Below, piece after piece: positions 24,594-32,000 of a stretch of DNA of 32,000 bases (position 1 is the stretch's first letter; each line of letters opens with the position of its first letter). The notes below the pieces were generated by a model. That model made no database searches. It was not told the origin of the DNA and worked only from the letters and a program-made list of their open reading frames with translations. Made by a program: the position numbers and the translations under genes. This stretch comes from an archaeon (lineage in GTDB: Archaea; Asgardarchaeota; Thorarchaeia; Thorarchaeales; Thorarchaeaceae), in assembly GCA_024275415.1 (NCBI GenBank), contig JAJRZD010000050.1, forward strand, positions 25,433 through 57,432. Direction: 5' to 3'.

Positions 24594-25288
24594 CCACTGC
24601 TGTAATCAGATTCCCTGGAACCAATAATGAATACGATGTCATCAGCGTGTTGAAGGCAATTCCAGACGGAGACCCATATCTGGTGAAAAGTCGGGATGGT
24701 GCTAAGGCGTTGAAGGATGCGGACTCGATTGTCATACCGGGCGGATTCTCCTATGGTGACTATCTGAGAGCAGGGGCCGTGGCATCAGTCGGAGATATCA
24801 TGGACGGCATTCGGGAACTGGCATCAGGGGGAAAACCTGTCCTGGGCATATGCAATGGTTTCCAGATCCTGACGGAGGCTGGGCTGTTGCCAGGTGTATT
24901 GCTGGCGAACGAGTCTGCTCACTTCATATGTAGATGGGTGTATCTCAAGGTCAGCAGTGGGACGACCACATTCACAAAGGGTCTTGAAGATGCGGTGCTC
25001 AGGATACCTATCGCTCATGCAGAAGGGAACTACTATTGCAGTGCAGAAGAACTTGATGTTCTGAAGTCAAACGGACGGGTAGTGTTCAGGTACTGCGACT
25101 CTGAGGGAGAAGCGTCCATTGGTGCGAATCCCAATGGCTCAATAGAGAACATCGCGGGCATCGTGAACGAGAAAGGAAATGTCCTCGGGATGATGCCACA
25201 TCCCGAACGTGCGTCCCGTTCGATACTGGGCTCGACCGACGGACTGATGATACTTGAGAACTTTGTCCGTGCGTCAAAGGAGAGATGA
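24590..25288 (+). CDS. purQ: FGAM synthase glutaminase subunit
   Basis: RFPGTN, PGGFSYGDYLRAG, GICNGFQIL, PIAHAEG, MMPHPER; GTGA overlap with the upstream stop. Confidence 0.97.
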   Translation: MTTAVIRFPGTNNEYDVISVLKAIPDGDPYLVKSRDGAKALKDADSIVIPGGFSYGDYLRAGAVASVGDIMDGIRELASGGKPVLGICNGFQILTEAGLLPGVLLANESAHFICRWVYLKVSSGTTTFTKGLEDAVLRIPIAHAEGNYYCSAEELDVLKSNGRVVFRYCDSEGEASIGANPNGSIENIAGIVNEKGNVLGMMPHPERASRSILGSTDGLMILENFVRASKER

Positions 25289-25291
25289 AAT

Positions 25292-27460
25292 ATGCTGACA
25301 AACGAGGAACTGACCTACGCCAAGACACACCTAGGACGTGACCTGACTCAGACAGAGCTCAACATGCTTGACGTACTCTGGTCCGAGCATTGCAGTTACA
25401 AGAGCAGTAAACGGTGGTTCCACCTGTTCAAGACTGAAAGCAAGAACGTCTATCTGGGAATCGGTGAGGGTGCAGGACTAGTGGACATCGGCAACGGTTA
25501 TCTTGTCGGCGTGGCAATGGAGTCTCATAATCATCCAAGCCAGATTGACCCGTATAATGGTGCTGCAACGGGAGTAGGGGGCATCATTCGTGACGTCATC
25601 TCACAGGGATGTAAGGCCGTGGGATTAATGAACTGTCTTAGGTTCGGGAGTCCTGCAAAGCCAAAGAACGCATATCTGTTGGAGCAGGTGGTCAGGGGAA
25701 TCTCAGACTATGGGAACAGCGTGGGGATTCCGACGATCGGTGGCGAGATTGAGTTTGACGACTCGTATGAGGAGAATTGCTTGGTCAATGTTGTTTGTAT
25801 AGGTGTGATAAAACCAGAATATGTCGTCCGGAGCAGTGCTAGCACGCCTGGGCACCATCTAGTAATGTTCGGGTCAACCACTGGGAGAGACGGCATCGCC
25901 GGTGTGAGCTTCGCCTCGGAATCTTTCTCTGACGAGGAAGAAGAGAACAGGTCTGCGGTTCAGATAGGTGACCCGCTTGCAAAAAAAGTAGTCATTGACG
26001 CGCTTACAGATCTAGTACATGAAAAGCTCCTCGATGGCCTTCAGGACTTTGGAGGAGGCGGCGCCACATCAGCAGCAGGGGAACTCGCCAAGAAGGGCGG
26101 GACTGGCGTGGAGGTTCATGTGGATCAATTCCCCTTACGTGAGCCAGACATGCGGGCACACGAGATAATCATCTCCGAGTCCCAAGAGCGAATGCTTGCC
26201 GTAGTCGCTCCTGAGAATCTCGAAAGAGTGATCGAGATACTAGAGAAGAACGAAACCCCCTACGGGGTCATAGGAAAGGTGACATCTGATGGGCACTATA
26301 CCGTCCTCGAGAAAGGCGAGGTCAAAGCTAGGCTCCCGATAGACTTGCTGGTCGATGGTTTCCCTGAGCCCGAGCGTGATGTCGGTCCTCTACCCACGCG
26401 TAGTCCGGGGATGGCATGGTTCAAGGAACCAGATGACTATGTCAAAGTCATCCTTGACCTTCTTGGCTCGTTGAATATCTGCGATAGGTCGTGGGTGTAT
26501 CAGCAGTACGACCAGCATGTGCAGACCAAGACTGTCGTAGACATAGGTGAGAATGCTGGTGTGCTGGAGTTTCCCATGGGCAAACTACTTGCATTCAAAA
26601 GCGACTGCAACTCCGGTTATTGTCTACTTGACCCGTTTCACGGAACCGCGAATTCAGCAGCAGAGGCACTCAGGAACATCGTGGCGATTGGAGCGCACCC
26701 GATTTTTATTGCTGACTGTCTCAACTTTGGGAACCCCGAGAGACCCGAGTCTTACGCTCAGTTCGTGGACGCAATTCGAGGTCTCGGACAGTTCTCACAT
26801 GATTTTGACATTCCTGTCATCGGAGGAAATGTTTCGCTCTACAATGAGGCCCTTGTCGATGGAGTGGTTCGACGAATTAACCCTACTCCACAGATCATGC
26901 TTGCTGGCATGATCAAGAACGATGGGATGCCTGTTAGGCGAAACCTCATCACACCGTGGGCGAACCTTTCCTTGACTGGTGAAACACACCCAGAACTGAA
27001 TGGTACCGAGTTCCAACGTGTGGTATTGGGTGATATCAAAGGACTCCCTCCACGGTATCGCCCCCAAGAGGAATTAAAGGCAATGAAAGCCATGTTGCAG
27101 GCTCATTCCCAAGGGTTAATCCGGTCATGCAATAATGTGGGCAGGGGTGGAATTGCCATCAGCCTCATGAAGATGGTGCTGAATAGCCCATATGGATTCA
27201 AGCTTGATCTTGAAGAGGCTCCTGGCAGTGCGAGAAGCTTCGCTGAGAGGCTATTTTCCGAGAGCGGTGCCCGTTATATCGCAGAGGTTTCTGAAACCAG
27301 CCAACCCGAGTTCATGTCCATCATGGAAGAGGCTGGCGTACGCGTGTGTGAGGTCGGTCTTGTTGTGCAGGATCACCTCGCGGATTTCGGGAGGTTCCAA
27401 GTCCCGTTGGATGAGGCTGAGGAATGGTTCAGGAGTGGCCTTCGTAAACATATGGAGTGA
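25292..27460 (+). CDS. purL: FGAM synthase large subunit (small-type PurL)
   Basis: WSEHCSYKSS, ESHNHPS, GAATGVGGIIRD, GGE, TGRDG, QDFGGGG, SESQERM, WVYQQYD, DCLNFGNP, GGNVSLYNE. Confidence 0.97.
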   Translation: MLTNEELTYAKTHLGRDLTQTELNMLDVLWSEHCSYKSSKRWFHLFKTESKNVYLGIGEGAGLVDIGNGYLVGVAMESHNHPSQIDPYNGAATGVGGIIRDVISQGCKAVGLMNCLRFGSPAKPKNAYLLEQVVRGISDYGNSVGIPTIGGEIEFDDSYEENCLVNVVCIGVIKPEYVVRSSASTPGHHLVMFGSTTGRDGIAGVSFASESFSDEEEENRSAVQIGDPLAKKVVIDALTDLVHEKLLDGLQDFGGGGATSAAGELAKKGGTGVEVHVDQFPLREPDMRAHEIIISESQERMLAVVAPENLERVIEILEKNETPYGVIGKVTSDGHYTVLEKGEVKARLPIDLLVDGFPEPERDVGPLPTRSPGMAWFKEPDDYVKVILDLLGSLNICDRSWVYQQYDQHVQTKTVVDIGENAGVLEFPMGKLLAFKSDCNSGYCLLDPFHGTANSAAEALRNIVAIGAHPIFIADCLNFGNPERPESYAQFVDAIRGLGQFSHDFDIPVIGGNVSLYNEALVDGVVRRINPTPQIMLAGMIKNDGMPVRRNLITPWANLSLTGETHPELNGTEFQRVVLGDIKGLPPRYRPQEELKAMKAMLQAHSQGLIRSCNNVGRGGIAISLMKMVLNSPYGFKLDLEEAPGSARSFAERLFSESGARYIAEVSETSQPEFMSIMEEAGVRVCEVGLVVQDHLADFGRFQVPLDEAEEWFRSGLRKHME

Positions 27461-27466
27461 GATATG

Positions 27467-28903
27467 ATGCCAGAAGTCTTGGTGATTGCAGGGAGCAAGA
27501 GTGACGAACGGATTGTGAACAAGACTACCGACACGCTGAATGGGCTTGGGGTTTCTTATACTGTGGAAATCGCATCCGCCCACAGGGAACCTGACCGCGT
27601 CCGTCAAATCGTGGAAACGACCGATGCAAAGGTCATCATCGCTATCGCAGGTCTAGCTGCTGCTCTTCCGGGTGTGGTCGCATCTCATACGAAGAAGCCC
27701 GTGATAGGAGTCCCAGTATCTGCGGCATTGAGTGGACTGGACGCATTGCTTTCCATCGTCCAGATGCCAAAAGGAGTCCCTGTTGCCACTGTGGGAATAG
27801 ACAATGGACAGAATGCAGCACACCTTGCAGCAAGGATTTTGTATGCTAGCACGGGACTACCCACACCCCCGCCCTCGACCTATGCAGATGCTGGTGTCGA
27901 TGAAACACTTGTTAGCAAGGGCCTTGACATCATTGGGAAGTATGTGAAGGAATCGTTCAGCCTTGGAAGTGTAACACAGGATTATGGCCACTATGCCAAC
28001 ATGGTGAAGGTCTCTGACGAGCTATGCATCGGTCTTTCTACGGATGGGGTTGGTAGCAAAATCCTCGTGGCTGGGATGGCAAATCGGTACGATACGATTG
28101 GTATCGACTGTGTTGCAATGAATGTGAATGACTTGATATGTGTAGGTGCCACTCCCGTGGGTTTCGTCGATTACCTTGCATCTGAGAAACCACTGCCTAA
28201 GGATGTCCTAGAGGAGATTGGACAGGGCTTGCTTCAGGGATGTAAGGAATCATCTATTCCCATGCTAGGAGGTGAAACAGCCATCCTTCCTGATATGATA
28301 AAGGGAGCAGAGGGAATAGGGCTTGACCTTGCAGGGACTGCAGTCGGAATCTGTCATCCTGACAAAGTCATTGATGGGAGCAGGATTAAACCAGGGGACT
28401 CCATCATCGGGGTCGTGTCGAATGGGCTCCACTCGAACGGGTTCACGCTGGCACGAAAGGTCGTCTTCTCTCGATACAAGGTTTCTGACATGTTGGACTG
28501 GGGACGCACGGTTTCAGAGGAGCTGCTACGTCCAACGAGGATATACGTGCCCCATTTCAGGGCGATGATTGATGCAGGAATCAATGTACATGGGATTGCT
28601 CATATCACGGGATCCGGTTTCAGGAAAGTACTCAGACTCGGTGCCTTCAGCTTCGATATCATGAACCTGCCAGAGATACCACCCATTTTCAGGCTATTAC
28701 GCGATGTCGGAAACATCGAGTGGCATGAGATGTTTACCACCTTTAATATGGGTGTAGGTCTCATAATCATTGTACCTCAAGCAGAGAAAGAGAATGTCCT
28801 GACCGCAGTCGGTGAATTTGACGAGGTCTTTGAACTGGGCAATGTCAGTATGTCCGACACACCAAAGGTTGAGGTGCCGGAATATAAGGTGACAATTACA
28901 TGA
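27467..28903 (+). CDS. purM: PurE-PurM fusion: AIR carboxylase/N5-CAIR mutase fused to AIR synthetase
   Basis: N-terminal ~130 aa are PurE ([39 protein letters not shown]). A Pro-rich linker [10 protein letters not shown] leads to PurM ([49 protein letters not shown]). Start is 27467 or 27464; GGAGTGA SD spacing favours 27467. Confidence 0.95.
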   Translation: MPEVLVIAGSKSDERIVNKTTDTLNGLGVSYTVEIASAHREPDRVRQIVETTDAKVIIAIAGLAAALPGVVASHTKKPVIGVPVSAALSGLDALLSIVQMPKGVPVATVGIDNGQNAAHLAARILYASTGLPTPPPSTYADAGVDETLVSKGLDIIGKYVKESFSLGSVTQDYGHYANMVKVSDELCIGLSTDGVGSKILVAGMANRYDTIGIDCVAMNVNDLICVGATPVGFVDYLASEKPLPKDVLEEIGQGLLQGCKESSIPMLGGETAILPDMIKGAEGIGLDLAGTAVGICHPDKVIDGSRIKPGDSIIGVVSNGLHSNGFTLARKVVFSRYKVSDMLDWGRTVSEELLRPTRIYVPHFRAMIDAGINVHGIAHITGSGFRKVLRLGAFSFDIMNLPEIPPIFRLLRDVGNIEWHEMFTTFNMGVGLIIIVPQAEKENVLTAVGEFDEVFELGNVSMSDTPKVEVPEYKVTIT

Positions 28904-30156
28904 CACGTGTCTTACTAGTTGGTAATGGGGCAAGGGAACACGCTATCGCTGTTGCGCTTGCGCGTGCTGAAGTGGAGATAGTCGCTCACATGGACAAAAG
29001 AAATCCTGGCATTGCATCTCTTGCTAAAGAGGTCAATATCAACACCCTGATGGATCCGCGAAAGCTGCCTGACCTTGTAGGCATCGATTATGCGGTCATT
29101 GGCCCAGAGGGGCCGCTTTCCGTGGGCGTTGTGGACTATCTTACAAGTAATGGAGTGGAATGCATTGGTCCTCATCAGAACACGGCGCGGATCGAAACCA
29201 GCAAGGTACTTGCTCGCCGAGTCTTGGAAAAGGTCGCCAAGGATGCCAATCCACGGTTTGAGATTGTCAGGAGCATAGACAAGCTCCGGAACTTCGAGAA
29301 GAAGATAGGTATCGAGAACATGGTCGTGAAGCCAGATGGATTGACAGGCGGCAAGGGTGTAAAACTGTTCGGCGACCATTTTCATGACAGGGAATCACTT
29401 GTGAAATATGCTTCCTCTCTCATCATCGACCACGGGATAGTACTCCTTGAGGAGCGGATGAAGGGAACCGAATTCACTGTCCAGGCATTCTGTGATGGAA
29501 AGGCTCTCGCACCGATGCCTCTTGTGAGAGACTACAAACGTGCATATGACGATGACAAAGGTCCGAACACAGGTTCTATGGGTTCATACTCGCGAGCTGA
29601 CCATGGACTACAGTACGTAAGCGATAGCGACCTGTCAAATGCCCTCGACATCATGCAGCGTACGATCAACGGTCTCAAGAAACAATCTGCACGAGAGTAC
29701 AGAGGGATTCTCTATGGGCAATTCATCAAGACTGAAAAGGGCATCAAAGTGGTCGAGTTCAACGCCCGCTTTGGAGACCCCGAAGCTATGAATGTCCTCT
29801 CAATCCTGTCCTCTTCGCTGGATGATGTGTTTCAAAGCATGATTGATGGCAACGTTGTCAAGCCGAGCTTTGAGGATAAAGCTACAGTCTGTCTTTATAT
29901 CGTACCCGAAGGCTATCCAGGATCAGACACCATAAAAGATGCGCCGATTAGCTTTGTTTCTGGGATTAAAAGCGAAACCTACTATGCGTCTGTCTACGAG
30001 AAAGACGGGATAATCTATACGACTGGGAGCAGGTCAATAGGTCTTCTGGCAAAAGGTGATTCTGTTTCTGATGCTCGTGAGGCGGTATATACTGATGCCG
30101 AGAAGGTGAATGGCAAGATCCGATACCGCAATGACATCGCAAAGGATGTACAATGA
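28900..30156 (+). CDS. purD: Phosphoribosylamine-glycine ligase
   Basis: [50 protein letters not shown]; ATGA overlap. Confidence 0.97.
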   Translation: MTRVLLVGNGAREHAIAVALARAEVEIVAHMDKRNPGIASLAKEVNINTLMDPRKLPDLVGIDYAVIGPEGPLSVGVVDYLTSNGVECIGPHQNTARIETSKVLARRVLEKVAKDANPRFEIVRSIDKLRNFEKKIGIENMVVKPDGLTGGKGVKLFGDHFHDRESLVKYASSLIIDHGIVLLEERMKGTEFTVQAFCDGKALAPMPLVRDYKRAYDDDKGPNTGSMGSYSRADHGLQYVSDSDLSNALDIMQRTINGLKKQSAREYRGILYGQFIKTEKGIKVVEFNARFGDPEAMNVLSILSSSLDDVFQSMIDGNVVKPSFEDKATVCLYIVPEGYPGSDTIKDAPISFVSGIKSETYYASVYEKDGIIYTTGSRSIGLLAKGDSVSDAREAVYTDAEKVNGKIRYRNDIAKDVQ

Positions 30157-30165
30157 AGGAGATGT

Positions 30166-31722
30166 ATGGTGAACGAGAAAGTCGTTGTGGTTGACTATGG
30201 CGGACAGTACACGCACCTGATTGCCCGCCGTTGCAGGGAACTTGGTGTCTATGCAGAGATCACCCCGCAAGACCATGTCTTGGAATTGGACTCGTCCCCG
30301 ATAAAGGGAGTCATTCTCTCGGGTGGTCCTCGAACTGCTGATGAAAGTGACCTTGGTCATCCATTCGCCACGAACCTTGAAACCTTAACAAATGCGAACA
30401 TCCCCGTATTGGGTATCTGCTTTGGACATCAACTATTGGCCATCGCCTGCGGTGCCGAGCTTGCAGTCGGAGGGAACCCAGAATACGGGAGTACTCCCAT
30501 CTCGATTATTTCTCGCGATTCGATCCTCAGAGGTCTTAGCGATGGTCAGCGCGTATGGATGTCGCATAGTGATCAAGTAATCAGCGTCCCTGACTCTGTT
30601 GAAATTCTAGCAACCAGCCGTGATGGTCATGTCGCAGCCTTTGTAGACAATGACAACAAACGGTATGGCGTGCAGTTCCACCCTGAAGTGTTCCATACTG
30701 CCAACGGGAATTCCGTCCTGAGATCGTTTCTCAGAAACGTTTGCGGGTTCAAAGAAGAATGGGCCCCCGAGGATGTGATTGGTGATGTCATTAAGGAGAT
30801 ACGTGAATTGGTCAGTGACGGCAAAGTTCTCATGGGTACAAGCGGAGGTGTTGACTCCACAGTGGCAGCAGTCCTTATCAAGGAGGCCATCGGGGACAGG
30901 CTCTATTGTGTTTTTGTTGATAATGGGTTGCTAAGAGATGGAGAAGCCGAGGAAGTACGCGAACTGTTTCTGAAGATGGATTTCAAGCATTTCGAGGTAG
31001 TTGATGCAAAGGAGGAGTTCCTGACTAACCTCGATGGGATTGAGAACCCAGAAGAGAAGCGAAGAGTGATTGCGGACACATTCATCCGCGTCTTTGAGCG
31101 AAAGGCAAAGGAGCTTGAGAGTGAGCACGGAAGGTTCGATTTCCTCGGACAGGGAACCATATACCCTGACCGCGTTGAGAGTGCTGCTACAGGAAAGGCA
31201 ACATCAGTGATCAAAAGCCATCACAATGTGCGACTGCCCGATTGGATGAAATTGAGGCTCGTAGAGCCCCTCCGTGACCTGTACAAGGACGAGGTACGGC
31301 AGGTGGGACTGAATCTTGGAATCCCGAAGCATATGATACAACGCCAACCGTTCCCTGGGCCTTCACTGGCGATTAGAATCGGAGGACCTGTCAACGAGGA
31401 ACAGTTGTCAATTCTCAGGCACGCTGACCGCATCTTGCAGGAAGAACTTCGCAAGGAGCCATTCTATCAATCAATCTGGCAATCGTTCTGCGTCCTCCTT
31501 CCTGTACGCTCAGTAGGTGTCATGGGCGATGAACGGACGTATGACCAAGCAATTGCAATCCGAATTGTGGAAAGCCAGGACGCGATGACTGCATCGGTAT
31601 CGACCCCCCCGTGGGAGAAGCTCCTTGACATCGCAGCTCGGATAGCCAACGAGGTCAAGGGCATCAATCGAGTCGTCTATGATCTGACTTCAAAACCACC
31701 GGGCACCATCGAATGGTACTGA
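30166..31722 (+). CDS. guaA: GMP synthase (glutamine-hydrolysing), single-chain GATase + ATPPase
   Basis: DYGGQYT, SGGP, GICFGHQ, QFHPEV, SGGVDS, DNGLLR, QGTIYPD, IKSHHNV, KDEVR, PFPGPSL, VGVMGD.RTY, KPPGTIEW. Confidence 0.97.
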   Translation: MVNEKVVVVDYGGQYTHLIARRCRELGVYAEITPQDHVLELDSSPIKGVILSGGPRTADESDLGHPFATNLETLTNANIPVLGICFGHQLLAIACGAELAVGGNPEYGSTPISIISRDSILRGLSDGQRVWMSHSDQVISVPDSVEILATSRDGHVAAFVDNDNKRYGVQFHPEVFHTANGNSVLRSFLRNVCGFKEEWAPEDVIGDVIKEIRELVSDGKVLMGTSGGVDSTVAAVLIKEAIGDRLYCVFVDNGLLRDGEAEEVRELFLKMDFKHFEVVDAKEEFLTNLDGIENPEEKRRVIADTFIRVFERKAKELESEHGRFDFLGQGTIYPDRVESAATGKATSVIKSHHNVRLPDWMKLRLVEPLRDLYKDEVRQVGLNLGIPKHMIQRQPFPGPSLAIRIGGPVNEEQLSILRHADRILQEELRKEPFYQSIWQSFCVLLPVRSVGVMGDERTYDQAIAIRIVESQDAMTASVSTPPWEKLLDIAARIANEVKGINRVVYDLTSKPPGTIEWY

Positions 31723-31780
31723 AACTGGACGTTAATTCCTCAAGCATAAATAGGATTGTTCCTATGAGAACGAGTTTGAA

Positions 31781-32000
31781 ATGCGAGGCAAACTAGTATA
31801 TCCCTATACTGACAGATTGCGCCATTACGAATTCAGAGCGGATCATCCCCTCAAGCCCTACCGACTGATGCTGACCTATCAGCTCTCGCAAGAGCTTGGA
31901 CTACTGGACAAGGTGCAATTGATTGAGCCCACCCTTGCGACACGTGATGATCTGGAGCTATTTCACTCGCCTGATTTTATTGATGCAGTCATCAAATGCG
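31781..32000 (+). CDS. AcuC / class I-like histone deacetylase family protein (3'-partial)
   Basis: Manual translation MRGKLVYPYTDRLRHYEFRADHPLKPYRLMLTYQLSQELGLLDKVQLIEPTLATRDDLELFHSPDFIDAV contains the HPxKPxR...L...GL...P..AT..L..FH..D[FY]I N-terminal motif of Zn-dependent deacetylases. TAAATA lies ~29 nt upstream. Confidence 0.88.
   Translation, partial: MRGKLVYPYTDRLRHYEFRADHPLKPYRLMLTYQLSQELGLLDKVQLIEPTLATRDDLELFHSPDFIDAVIKC

Noticed and set aside
429-31667. The many 60-185 aa ORFs in the track that overlap the long genes (e.g. 2620-3177, 11491-11829, 17003-17506, 20460-20981)
   Set aside because: They are antisense or alternate-frame shadows of clearly recognisable genes, with Ser/Arg-rich non-protein-like composition and no motifs.
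1-32000. Mobile elements, prophage, integrase, rRNA or tRNA genes
   Set aside because: No transposase, integrase or phage motifs, terminal repeats or structured RNA genes were recognised, and non-coding gaps are short.

Overview
Archaeal chromosomal window with no mobile elements, CRISPR arrays or RNA genes that I can support. PurP paralogs, a type-2 IPP isomerase, an ADP-forming acyl-CoA ligase and TATA-like promoters indicate an archaeon. The WD40/TPR/helical and tubulin-like content suggests an Asgard lineage such as Thorarchaeia, which is an inference only. There are four blocks. (1) 1-7111 (-): two translationally coupled giant secreted proteins. One is a membrane-anchored protein with ~26 TSP3-like Ca-binding repeats. 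The other, missing from the ORF track because it runs off the window, has FG-GAP-like and NHL propeller repeats. (2) 7430-16021: a small membrane protein, a TPR protein, a WD40-TPR-helical protein, and a divergent 3-gene operon. The operon encodes an 895-aa helical rod with ~64-aa periodicity, a divergent tubulin/FtsZ-superfamily GTPase that mixes tubulin-like, CetZ-like and FtsZ-like motifs and has an apparent tubulin-type H11-H12 C-terminus, and a 354-aa two-domain helical protein. This is the best candidate for an undescribed cytoskeletal system. (3) 16118-19335: acyl-CoA ligase alpha subunit, fni, and a membrane protein. (4) 19505-31722: purine cluster purN-purF-purP-purP-like-purC/purS fusion-purQ-purL-purE/purM fusion-purD-guaA, followed by the start of an AcuC/HDAC-family gene. 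All family assignments come from motif recognition by eye; no searches were run.
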